Assembly (NCBI GenBank): GCA_016215465.1
Contig: JACRJT010000052.1
Span: 22,113-54,112 of the forward strand
From: Nitrososphaerota archaeon
GTDB taxonomy: Archaea; Thermoproteota; Nitrososphaeria; Nitrososphaerales; Nitrosopumilaceae
Reading direction: 5' to 3'
DNA: 32,000 nt
The notes below the pieces were generated by a model. That model had not been told where the DNA came from, did not search any database, and saw only the letters and a list, made by a program, of their open reading frames with translations. Each line of letters begins with the position of its first letter. Within the stretch, counting starts at the first letter, position 1. Positions 16,462 to 23,849 of this stretch are shown here, one piece after another. The position numbers and the translations under genes are program-made.

Positions 16462-16668
16462 TAAAAATCGATTTTTTGGTAAAAAACTAACAATAACTGT
16501 CTGATTTTTTGGTGTTTTTGACACAAACCATACCAGTAAAGATTCTCATTTTATGCGCAAATTCCAAATTCTTTTGCCCTAGTTTATGGTAAAAGGGTGG
16601 GTCTTTTTAGATAAAACTGGGCCAAACTTTTCGCAGTGGGACGAGGAAAAGTATCCAAAGTGAATTTT

Positions 16669-17208
16669 TTATTGGATTGAGGACGGTTTTCTCAAATATG
16701 CCATGGTATACGCCAAGCCGCCGCACATTACACCCAAGGCAAGAAAGCCAATGAATAACCCAATTGGCGGAATAAATGAATCCATCACTGCAAGATTTTG
16801 TTTGCCAATTTCCCCTGTTGAAAACAAGTCCATTACTCCAGAACCGCTAAGTCCTGCAAATATCATAAGCAGTGTTGTGCCAGTTCCACCCACATTCATT
16901 CCTATTAGATGAATCCAAGCTAAAATTTTGGATTTGCCAGAAAAATTTCGTTTTAGATTAATTTCCAAATGACTGTAAAATACGGCAGTTACTGCTATTG
17001 CGACAATCAGTATCAGGTAGAACATCAATCCAAGAAAGACCCATTTTGCCGGCCCCTCAAAAGACACGGATAGGAATTGAATCATGTTAACTTTGGTAAA
17101 AACAGCCTGGGCGCCAACCATGCTTAGCGCCATTATAGTTATGATGCCGCCCTGCAGTATTGCGGCAATTATGAATCGATTTCCCCAAGTACTTTTGACG
17201 TCTTCCAC
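16669..17208 (-). CDS. Hypothetical integral membrane protein (about 5 hydrophobic segments)
   Basis: Track ORF of 179 aa with hydrophobic helices throughout. No family was recognised. Confidence 0.6.
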   Translation of the reverse strand: MEDVKSTWGNRFIIAAILQGGIITIMALSMVGAQAVFTKVNMIQFLSVSFEGPAKWVFLGLMFYLILIVAIAVTAVFYSHLEINLKRNFSGKSKILAWIHLIGMNVGGTGTTLLMIFAGLSGSGVMDLFSTGEIGKQNLAVMDSFIPPIGLFIGFLALGVMCGGLAYTMAYLRKPSSIQ

Positions 17209-17270
17209 GGAGAATTCTTCACATGGTTGGTTAAAAAGTTCTGTCAGACGCAGATATCGTAAAACGTGAT

Positions 17271-17525
17271 CTATACTGCGGCGGTTTTTTCTAGGATTTT
17301 TCTAGCTTCAACTATCTCTATTTCCACAGTTTCCAGCGGATCGTCAACTTGGTTTCTTCTAATTGAGAAAAGCTTTGGTTTTTCAAAGTCCACGGTGCAG
17401 TCAGGGCACCCATACACCAAAACCCTATGCTCGTTTGGCGCTTTTGGGTTTGAAAGGCGCGGGTAATACACCAGTCTTGCCCCACAGTCAACACAGTATC
17501 TGTTGGCCCTTTTAATTCTGGCCAT
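17271..17525 (-). CDS. Hypothetical zinc-ribbon protein
   Basis: Protein of 84 aa with CVDC...CPDC Cys pairs. The ATG is preceded by GGAGG with a 6-nt spacer. It is preferred over the overlapping alternative-frame ORF 17318..17548. Confidence 0.55.
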   Translation of the reverse strand: MARIKRANRYCVDCGARLVYYPRLSNPKAPNEHRVLVYGCPDCTVDFEKPKLFSIRRNQVDDPLETVEIEIVEARKILEKTAAV

Positions 17526-17612
17526 CGTAAACCTCCTGCATTATTCATAATGTGCGATCAGATATTAGATCCAGACGGTCTAATAGAGTAAACCAAATGG
17601 TTGCATCGATCT

Positions 17613-17637
17613 ATATTTCTAAATTCGAATTTTGAAA
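17613..17637 (-). repeat. 25-nt quasi-palindromic element, copy c (exact, reverse orientation)
   Basis: The reverse complement of 17613-17637 is identical to copy a over 25/25 nt. It lies about 90 nt upstream of the zinc-ribbon gene ATG. Confidence 0.9.
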
Positions 17638-17695
17638 GATTGAAAATTAAACTCCAAATCAATGTGTCATGAATTGCAAGATGCAAAAACAAATG

Positions 17696-17720
17696 TTTCA
17701 GAACTCGAATTTAGAAAGAT
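17696..17720 (+). repeat. 25-nt element, degenerate copy d (TTTCAGAACTCGAATTTAGAAAGAT, 22/25)
   Basis: Three mismatches to copy a. It is inverted relative to copy c with a 58-bp spacer and ends 4 nt from the 3' end of tRNA-Asn. Confidence 0.75.
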
Positions 17721-17724
17721 TATG

Positions 17725-17798
17725 CGCCGCCCGTCAGACTTGAACTGACGACCCCCTGATTAACAGTCAGGCGCTCTACCACGCTGAGCTAGGGCGGC
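17725..17798 (-). tRNA. tRNA-Asn (anticodon GUU), no intron, CCA not encoded
   Basis: Hand-folded cloverleaf of 74 nt. Acceptor GCCGCCC/GGGCGGC, D stem GCUC/GAGC, anticodon stem CCUGA/UCAGG with loop CU-GUU-AA, T stem GUCAG/CUGAC with loop UUCAAGU, discriminator G. Confidence 0.9.
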
Positions 17799-17858
17799 AA
17801 CAGGTTTTGTCTTAGGCGTATGCGATTTAATCCTTACTAAGTTTGAAAATTCGAAAAA

Positions 17859-18422
17859 TTATTTTTCGATACCTTTTGCCTTGTAGAATTGGTAGATTCC
17901 ATCAAGGAAAACTCGGTGATCTTTGTTTTTGACTTTGGTGTTTGATTGGATTTCTGCTGCAGTTTGTGTTACGTGTTGCAGCACTGGTCCCGATACGACT
18001 ACCTCGTCTCCTTTTGAGGTGACTTTGGTTGTTCCGTGGATTTTTGCAGTTCTTGGTGCGCGCTCTCCTTGGAAGTTTTCAACTAAGACAAGCTTGTCTT
18101 TTGTTTTGACAGTAATTGGAAAGTGCGCATAGACTATTTTCATTTTTATTGTATAGCCCTCAATTACTCCCTCACATAAGGTTCTGATGATTGAAAGTGC
18201 GGTGTTTGCAATTGCGTGATATTTTTTCCTCGAGTTTATGGCTGTGATGGTTACCTTGTTGTCTTTGACTTCAAGGCCTACTGGGATTTTCTTGAAATTC
18301 TTGTATGTTTTACCTAGTGGTCCCTCAATGTGTAACATGTGTTTTTTGAGTGTAAGATTTACTTTTGCAGGAACATCAAATGTAGCTTGGAATATTTCTT
18401 CTTGTTTAGTAGACATATCCAA
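17859..18422 (-). CDS. rpl6: Ribosomal protein uL6
   Basis: Protein of 187 aa with a two-repeat L6 fold sequence. It is positioned directly after uS8 in the operon. Confidence 0.93.
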   Translation of the reverse strand: MDMSTKQEEIFQATFDVPAKVNLTLKKHMLHIEGPLGKTYKNFKKIPVGLEVKDNKVTITAINSRKKYHAIANTALSIIRTLCEGVIEGYTIKMKIVYAHFPITVKTKDKLVLVENFQGERAPRTAKIHGTTKVTSKGDEVVVSGPVLQHVTQTAAEIQSNTKVKNKDHRVFLDGIYQFYKAKGIEK

Positions 18423-18798
18423 TCAAGAATCCTCCAATTCCCTTGTTTGCAGCCTCGTGGTGTGACATTACGCCCTGGTTTGTAGTTACAAGCATCATTC
18501 CTTTGTTGTATGATGGAAGATATTGCTGTTCCCAGTCAACAAATTCACCTTTTTTTACCTTGAATCTAGGTGTAATTGCACCGCATTTTGTAATGTGAGC
18601 CAATAGTTGAATCTTGAATTTTCCGCCTCTTTTGTCGTCAATGTGCTCAAATTCGCCAATGTAGTTGTGCTTTTGTAGCGTCTTTAGTACTTCAATGCCA
18701 AGCTTTGATGTTGGCAAGATTATGCATTCGCTCTTTCGTCTTGCCTCATTGTTGTACAGAGTATTAAACAAATTTGCTACAATGTTAGTTGCTGGCAT
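18406..18798 (-). CDS. rps8: Ribosomal protein uS8
   Basis: Protein of 130 aa with a typical archaeal S8 sequence (NYIGEFE...GGKFKI...). It overlaps the uL6 start. Confidence 0.93.
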   Translation of the reverse strand: MPATNIVANLFNTLYNNEARRKSECIILPTSKLGIEVLKTLQKHNYIGEFEHIDDKRGGKFKIQLLAHITKCGAITPRFKVKKGEFVDWEQQYLPSYNKGMMLVTTNQGVMSHHEAANKGIGGFLIGYVY

Positions 18799-18803
18799 TT
18801 ATC

Positions 18804-18980
18804 TCACCGGTATTTGGCAAATCCCAAAGAATTTGCAACCTCCCTAAAGCATCGCCTGCAGATGTTCAAATCATATTTTTGAATAACTGCCGTGTAATCG
18901 CCACATCGTTTGCACCAGCGTGAGCCTTTGCCGAATTTGTGCTCTTTTCTGCCAGTGTACTTGTATGATCTATCTTTCAT
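18804..18980 (-). CDS. rps14: Ribosomal protein uS14 (zinc-binding type), 58 aa, missing from the ORF track
   Basis: My own translation gives MKDRSYKYTGRKEHKFGKGSRWCKRCGDYTAVIQKYDLNICRRCFREVANSLGFAKYR. It has CxxC...CxxC and the expected slot between uL5 and uS8. Its ATG shares one base with the uL5 stop (TAATG). Confidence 0.92.
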   Translation of the reverse strand: MKDRSYKYTGRKEHKFGKGSRWCKRCGDYTAVIQKYDLNICRRCFREVANSLGFAKYR

Positions 18981-19498
18981 TATACAAACGCAACTCCAAA
19001 CTCGCGTGATAAAAATTCTTTCGCTTCGTCGCTGCTGATGCGGTGGTGCTTTCCAACGCTTGCCTTGTGTCTGCTTCTAAATCTAATACCAAATCCAGGC
19101 CTGACAAGAGTTACTGCTGCCTCTAGGCCCAAGATTCCAATTTGTGGATCATACTTTATTCCAGGAATGTCAATGTGCTCTCTAATGCCAAAAGAAACAT
19201 TACCAAAATCATCAAAGGATCTTCCGTTTAGTTTCTTGCCCTTTGCATCAATCAGTCTTTGTAGTAATTTTCCTGCATCTTCGCCTCTAACAGTTACTGC
19301 AACGCCTATTGGTTCGCCTTTTCTTACTCCCCAGTCTCTCTGTGTTCCCTTGGCATCTCTTGCGCAGGATTTTTTGCCAGAGATGGAGTCAAGTGCTTTT
19401 TTTGCAGTCTCGATTGCATCGCCGGATTTACCTACGCCCATGTTTAAGACGACTTTTTCTAATCTAATTTTTTTCATTGTGCTATCTTTGTTTGCCAT
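18980..19498 (-). CDS. rpl5: Ribosomal protein uL5
   Basis: Protein of 172 aa, with operon position and sequence typical of archaeal L5. Confidence 0.93.
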   Translation of the reverse strand: MANKDSTMKKIRLEKVVLNMGVGKSGDAIETAKKALDSISGKKSCARDAKGTQRDWGVRKGEPIGVAVTVRGEDAGKLLQRLIDAKGKKLNGRSFDDFGNVSFGIREHIDIPGIKYDPQIGILGLEAAVTLVRPGFGIRFRSRHKASVGKHHRISSDEAKEFLSREFGVAFV

Positions 19499-19502
19499 AT
19501 AA

Positions 19503-20219
19503 TCACGCTACTTGAACAACTGGCTCCTTTTTGCCTACAACCATGACTAGGTCTGCAGGTATTTCGATTTCTCTTTGACCAAATGAAAGCAGTGCTCGTT
19601 TTGGAAGAACAAATGTGCCCTCTTTGATTTCTTTGACATCTGCTATTTGACCGGTGTTAATTCCTTTAGTAACAATTACTTTGGCTCCTTTTTCCAGCTT
19701 CAAGACTTCTTTAATTTTTTGTTCTGGGACTTGCATGACGCATGTGTCTCCTAATGAAACTTTTTCCTCAGAGAGTAATGAACGCCCATCGTGGAATCCA
19801 ATCTGGGTTTTTCCCTTTGAAACATTTTGCTTGCTTGTAACTTTGACTAGCTTGACAGATTTTTCAGAACTTTTGATCTTCAGCGGTGTTAGTATGTGAC
19901 CCTTTCCTGGCACCATTCGATATATGTCAGATATTCCTTCGAGCTCAACTACATCCATGAGTCCAATTCCATGGTGTAATGATTTTCGTTCAACGCCGTC
20001 GACTTTGACTTTGCCACCATATATTGCGTATTTTGCCTCTCGCAGAGTTGTCACTAGTTTTAGTGTGTCTCGCAAGAATACTGCAGTTGGAATTGAAATG
20101 TGCTTTGAGTGAGGACCAGGCCTTACAGTAACTACGAATCGTGGCTCCTTTCTTGAAATTCCCCAAAACATTGGAGACATCTGACGCTTTAGTTTTTTAC
20201 TTCCTGCTATTCGTGGCAA
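19503..20219 (-). CDS. rps4e: Ribosomal protein eS4
   Basis: Protein of 238 aa (archaeal/eukaryotic S4e: GPHSK, KVDG..R). The TTG start directly abuts the uL24 stop. Confidence 0.93.
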   Translation of the reverse strand: MPRIAGSKKLKRQMSPMFWGISRKEPRFVVTVRPGPHSKHISIPTAVFLRDTLKLVTTLREAKYAIYGGKVKVDGVERKSLHHGIGLMDVVELEGISDIYRMVPGKGHILTPLKIKSSEKSVKLVKVTSKQNVSKGKTQIGFHDGRSLLSEEKVSLGDTCVMQVPEQKIKEVLKLEKGAKVIVTKGINTGQIADVKEIKEGTFVLPKRALLSFGQREIEIPADLVMVVGKKEPVVQVA

Positions 20220-20714
20220 TTATTTTTCCTCCTTTTTCTTTTCGCTTTTGGTTGGCTTTGATTCTTTGGTTTCTTTTGGTTTTGATTCCTTTGATGGTGC
20301 CTTTGCCTCTTTTTTTGGTGCAGGTTTTGTGGTTTCTTTTGGTTTTGCTTCTTTGACTGGTTTTGTTTTCTTTCCTTCCAGTTTGTTTTGTCTCCACTTG
20401 TCTTCGGTGTTTAGTTCTGTAACCATGAGGTTTGATGGGTGAATAAAGACATCAAGGTTTCCGCCCTTGAGTTTTTCCTTTTTGACTCCTTCTACAGAGA
20501 CTCCGTTCTTTGGAGTTGATACGCTGGTGATTTTTCCTGTAACTCCTCTGAATTCTCCTCGGAGTACGCGAATTGTGTCACCTTCAATGATTCTAACGCT
20601 GCGCTTGCCGTATTTTTTTTGTAATTCTTTTGAAAGATGGCTACTAAGCTGTCTGCTTTTTACAACGGCAGTTGCCTGGTAAATCATTCGGTTACGAATT
20701 GTTGTTGGCTTCAT
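20220..20714 (-). CDS. rpl24: Ribosomal protein uL24 with a K/E/P-rich C-terminal tail
   Basis: The KOW-type core is GDTIRVLRGEFRGVTGKITSV. I place the start at the ATG at 20714 (MKPTTIRN...) rather than the track TTG at 20780, which would overlap uL14 by 62 nt. About 50 C-terminal residues are low-complexity K/E/P/T. Confidence 0.9.
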   Translation of the reverse strand: MKPTTIRNRMIYQATAVVKSRQLSSHLSKELQKKYGKRSVRIIEGDTIRVLRGEFRGVTGKITSVSTPKNGVSVEGVKKEKLKGGNLDVFIHPSNLMVTELNTEDKWRQNKLEGKKTKPVKEAKPKETTKPAPKKEAKAPSKESKPKETKESKPTKSEKKKEEK

Positions 20715-20718
20715 TTTT

Positions 20719-21156
20719 TTATACCACCATTGATGCCAGGTTTGCAACTCTTGGCCATTTTTCAGAGGCCTCTGCTGCAACTGGTCCTTTTATGTCAGTT
20801 CCTTTGATTTCCCCTTCTGGAGTAACTAGCACTGCTGCGTTGTCCTCAAATGAAACGCGAATTCCATTTAATCTTCGAATTGGATACTTTTGTCTAATTA
20901 TAACTGCGCCAAAGATTTGTTTTCTTAGTTCTGCTGGGCCCTTTTTGACTACCACATTTACAAAATCGCCAACTGAGGCTGCAGGATATTGTGAGTGTCT
21001 AGTCTTTGCTCGCTTTACCATGATGATTTCTAGGATCTTAGCACCTGTGTTGTCTGCACACGTGACTCTTGCGCCAAGTGGAAGTACTCTGGTAACATAT
21101 GGCCTGAATTCCTGTACACCCTTTGCAGATACTGCACGACTTTTTCCGCCAGACAT
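20719..21156 (-). CDS. rpl14: Ribosomal protein uL14
   Basis: Protein of 145 aa with a typical L14 sequence (CADNTGAK, VIIRQKYP.RR). Confidence 0.95.
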   Translation of the reverse strand: MSGGKSRAVSAKGVQEFRPYVTRVLPLGARVTCADNTGAKILEIIMVKRAKTRHSQYPAASVGDFVNVVVKKGPAELRKQIFGAVIIRQKYPIRRLNGIRVSFEDNAAVLVTPEGEIKGTDIKGPVAAEASEKWPRVANLASMVV

Positions 21157-21157
21157 T

Positions 21158-21469
21158 TTAAGACTTGACCTCCACTACAACAAATGAAACTGATTTTGCA
21201 ACTGGTCTGCATTCTGCTGCAACTACCATGTCGCCTTCTTTGATCTCTAATTTTGCTGGCTTGTATGCATGAATTGTGCTCTTGCTTCTTGCGTATCGTT
21301 TTGTCTTTGACATGTACAATGGAGCTTCTCTTTGAATAACCACAGTATTTTTATTCTTCGCACTGACTACTGTGCCCTCAAAGAGCTTTCCTCTAACACT
21401 TAGTGCATCGCCATTGTCCATGACAATTCCATGATACACGTGTTTTGATTCGGTTTGTCCTTTAGCCAT
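21158..21469 (-). CDS. rps17: Ribosomal protein uS17
   Basis: Protein of 103 aa with an OB-fold S17 sequence, in the expected operon position. Confidence 0.92.
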   Translation of the reverse strand: MAKGQTESKHVYHGIVMDNGDALSVRGKLFEGTVVSAKNKNTVVIQREAPLYMSKTKRYARSKSTIHAYKPAKLEIKEGDMVVAAECRPVAKSVSFVVVEVKS

Positions 21470-21737
21470 TTTTCTTCACCTTTAGTCGTTCTTCTGGTCG
21501 CTTTGAGATTTCCAAGCCATCAATTACGCAGCTTTGGGTTTCGTTAATTGTGAATTTCCATTTGGAGTGTTCTTTTGGAATCATTTTCAAACCAGTTTGT
21601 GTTTGAATTGTAAATGTTGATCTGGTTTCGTCCACTACCTTACCACTAAATCCGATAATTTGATTATTTGTAGATTCAACAATTTGTGTAGTCAAGCCAA
21701 TCAACTCATGGTTTGTAATATTTTCTAGTGTAATCAT
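21462..21737 (-). CDS. rnp1: RNase P protein component 1 (Rpp29/Pop4)
   Basis: Protein of 91 aa with the pattern LIGL...V.S.N...IG..G.VVDETR.TF.I. It occupies the canonical archaeal slot between uL29 and uS17. Confidence 0.85.
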   Translation of the reverse strand: MITLENITNHELIGLTTQIVESTNNQIIGFSGKVVDETRSTFTIQTQTGLKMIPKEHSKWKFTINETQSCVIDGLEISKRPEERLKVKKNG

Positions 21738-21937
21738 TGTGTTTTAGCCTCGTTTATTCTTGTAAGCATTCTTGCAATTTCTTTTCTATATGCTCTAATC
21801 TTTCCGCTTTCTTTTCTAAGTGTTCCTTTTGCCGCCTCGGTTCGTATTTTTGCAAGTTCTACTCTTGACTGCTCTAGTTTTCCTTTGAGGTCTTGCGTGT
21901 TTAGCTCTCGGATGGATTTCATCTTTAGTCGGGCCAT
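21734..21937 (-). CDS. rpl29: Ribosomal protein uL29
   Basis: Helical protein of 67 aa (ELR..S..EL...L..LK.EL). It sits in the expected operon position and has a 4-nt overlap with rnp1. Confidence 0.92.
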   Translation of the reverse strand: MARLKMKSIRELNTQDLKGKLEQSRVELAKIRTEAAKGTLRKESGKIRAYRKEIARMLTRINEAKTQ

Positions 21938-21938
21938 T

Positions 21939-22682
21939 TTATTTGAGTTTCTCCTCTACATCTTCCATAAGATCAAGTTTTTCAATTTTTTCTGCGATGA
22001 TTTTTACTGCTTCACTTTCAGTTCTTGCTTGGAGTAATGCTGCTGCATCCGCTTCTTCTTTTTGTCTTTGCTCAAGTGTTTTTTCTTCTTTTATTCCCTT
22101 GAGTTCAAATTCTGGGATGAATCTGTCTTTTTTGGCAATTCTGATTCTCACTCCAATGTATCCCATAGCTGTTGGGATGTGAGTGATATCCTCATCCACA
22201 ATAATCTGTGCTTGATGCCCTGCACGTGGCAGTATTCCAGCAGAATGTTTTTCAAAGCTTGAACGGTCGCCTCTTAGTTTTCCAGATAATGTGATTTGCA
22301 CACCCATTGCACCAGCATTCATGATTTGCTGCAGGGTCCACATTGTTGCTCGTCTAAATGCAGTTCCCCTCTGAATCAGGGACGCTACTCTATTGCACAT
22401 CACACTTGATGTGAGTTCGGGTTGAGAAATTTCGTTTACTGCAATTTGTGGGCTCTTTAATCCAAAGTCTTTTTCTAGTTTTTCAGTCAGGTCTCTAATT
22501 CCTGATCCTTTTCTTCCAATTACAATTCCAGGTCTTGTTACGTGCAAGACTACTCTTGTACCAGTTGGCGTCTTGGAGATTTCAACATGTGAGAATCCTG
22601 CCTCTTTGATTGCCTCTCTAAGGTAGTCCTTGAGAAGCATCATGTTGTAGTTGTCTTTTATGACGTTTTTTACTGCTGTCAA
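21939..22682 (-). CDS. rps3: Ribosomal protein uS3
   Basis: Protein of 247 aa with a KH domain ([11 protein letters not shown]) and an acidic/helical C-terminal extension. Confidence 0.95.
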   Translation of the reverse strand: MTAVKNVIKDNYNMMLLKDYLREAIKEAGFSHVEISKTPTGTRVVLHVTRPGIVIGRKGSGIRDLTEKLEKDFGLKSPQIAVNEISQPELTSSVMCNRVASLIQRGTAFRRATMWTLQQIMNAGAMGVQITLSGKLRGDRSSFEKHSAGILPRAGHQAQIIVDEDITHIPTAMGYIGVRIRIAKKDRFIPEFELKGIKEEKTLEQRQKEEADAAALLQARTESEAVKIIAEKIEKLDLMEDVEEKLK

Positions 22683-22684
22683 TT

Positions 22685-23152
22685 CTAGGCTTCCTGAGCT
22701 ACTAGCTCAATATGTGTTAGGACGTTGTTTTTGGGAGTTGCTCTGCCTTGTGCACGCGGTGTGAATCTTTTTACTATGACTCCTTTGTGGGTGTTTGCAC
22801 CAACAATTTTGAGTCTATCAAGATCCATTCCCTTGTATTCGGCATTTGCTTCCAAATTATCTAATAGTTTGATGAATTCCCTTGCAGTTTTTTCTGGGTA
22901 ACGGCCAGACATTACACCTGGGTCAGATCTGTGGCCAACTTCATTTTTGAATCTTCTAAATGGAACTGCGCGTTTTGCTGCAACTACATCTTGCAAGTAA
23001 TCACGAGCTTTCTCAATTGTCAAGCCCTTTATCGCCTTGGCAACTTCGCGTGCATGTTTGTGGGAAACATCTTTTTCGCGTATTGATGCACGAACATGTT
23101 TTGTCGCATCAAAATTTTGAAAAGCGTAATCAAAGTTTCCCATGTTAATCAC
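22685..23152 (-). CDS. rpl22: Ribosomal protein uL22
   Basis: Protein of 155 aa with a typical archaeal L22 sequence, in the expected operon position. Confidence 0.93.
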   Translation of the reverse strand: MINMGNFDYAFQNFDATKHVRASIREKDVSHKHAREVAKAIKGLTIEKARDYLQDVVAAKRAVPFRRFKNEVGHRSDPGVMSGRYPEKTAREFIKLLDNLEANAEYKGMDLDRLKIVGANTHKGVIVKRFTPRAQGRATPKNNVLTHIELVAQEA

Positions 23153-23544
23153 TTTAATGGCACGTACAGACTGGATCTTGATGCTCCGACTCCAGGTGCG
23201 CCATGTACGACTCGCTTGTTTGTTCTAACATATTCTCCAATGAGGTGCCCTATCATCGGGGTGGTAATTGTAACTGGAACGAATTCCTTGCCTGAAAAGA
23301 CGCTAATTGTAACTCCGACCATGTATGGAAGCACTATCAAGTCTCTGATGTGGGTCTTGATTGGGTTTTTTAGTTTTCCAGCCTTGTCGAGTTTGATTTC
23401 TTCGATTAGTTTTCTTTTGCCATCGGTGATACCTCTGGTAAGTGATCTTCTTGATCTTGCCGGAAATATCTCAAATAGTTTTTCTAGTGACATGTTCTGT
23501 AGTTCTGCCAGTGGGATTCCCCTATAATCAAATTCTTTAACCAT
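23149..23544 (-). CDS. rps19: Ribosomal protein uS19
   Basis: Protein of 131 aa with the motifs MIGHLIGEY..T.K.V.HG.PG.GASRSS. Confidence 0.95.
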   Translation of the reverse strand: MVKEFDYRGIPLAELQNMSLEKLFEIFPARSRRSLTRGITDGKRKLIEEIKLDKAGKLKNPIKTHIRDLIVLPYMVGVTISVFSGKEFVPVTITTPMIGHLIGEYVRTNKRVVHGAPGVGASRSSLYVPLK

Positions 23545-23582
23545 GTATTGACACCTTTATGATTGAAGTTTTTCGGTCCATA

Positions 23583-23849
23583 TTATAGCATTCCTATCTT
23601 TGTCGCAAGGTCTCTTGCTTTTTCGACTGACTCAAATTTGACAAATGCTTTTTTGCCAGAAATTGTCTTTGCAGTGTTAACATCAAGGGCATTTTCTTCA
23701 TAGAGAACTTTGATTGCCTCTTTGATTGTCTTTTTGTCTGCATCGGCATCTACGATAAAGCAGATTCTGTTGTCTTTTTCAATTAGCGCAAAAGTTTTTT
23801 CAGTGATGTGTGGTCTTAGGATGATTTTTGTTGCTTGAATTGTATTCAT
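23583..23849 (-). CDS. rpl23: Ribosomal protein uL23
   Basis: Protein of 88 aa with the motifs ILRPHITEK and F.V...A.K..IK.A. Confidence 0.93.
   Translation of the reverse strand: MNTIQATKIILRPHITEKTFALIEKDNRICFIVDADADKKTIKEAIKVLYEENALDVNTAKTISGKKAFVKFESVEKARDLATKIGML

Noticed and set aside
16638-16656. GACGAGGAAAAGTATCC, which resembles the RNase P RNA CR-I motif (GAGGAAAGUCC).
   Set aside because: It is an imperfect match, and no other conserved RNase P RNA regions are nearby. An RNA starting here would run into the 16669..17208 coding region.
17318-17548. 76-aa alternative-frame ORF overlapping the zinc-ribbon gene.
   Set aside because: It has no motif. The competing frame has CxxC pairs and a GGAGG site correctly spaced from its ATG.
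19038-19502. Long antisense ORFs across the ribosomal operon. These are 19038..19502, 20672..21187, 23096..23527 and 24914..25372, plus several shorter ones.
   Set aside because: They are mirror-frame shadows of highly conserved minus-strand r-protein genes. They have S/L/F/C-rich unnatural composition and resemble no known family.
20197-20397. 66-aa K/R-rich ORF in an alternative frame of the uL24 tail.
   Set aside because: It is a by-product of the purine-rich repeat encoding the uL24 tail. The uL24 frame is continuous with the conserved core.
20715-20780. N-terminal extension of the uL24 track ORF (TTG at 20780, MQQRPLKNGQELQTWHQWWYKK).
   Set aside because: It would overlap uL14 by 62 nt and adds non-conserved sequence. 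The ATG at 20714 gives the canonical MKPTT... start 4 nt after the uL14 stop.
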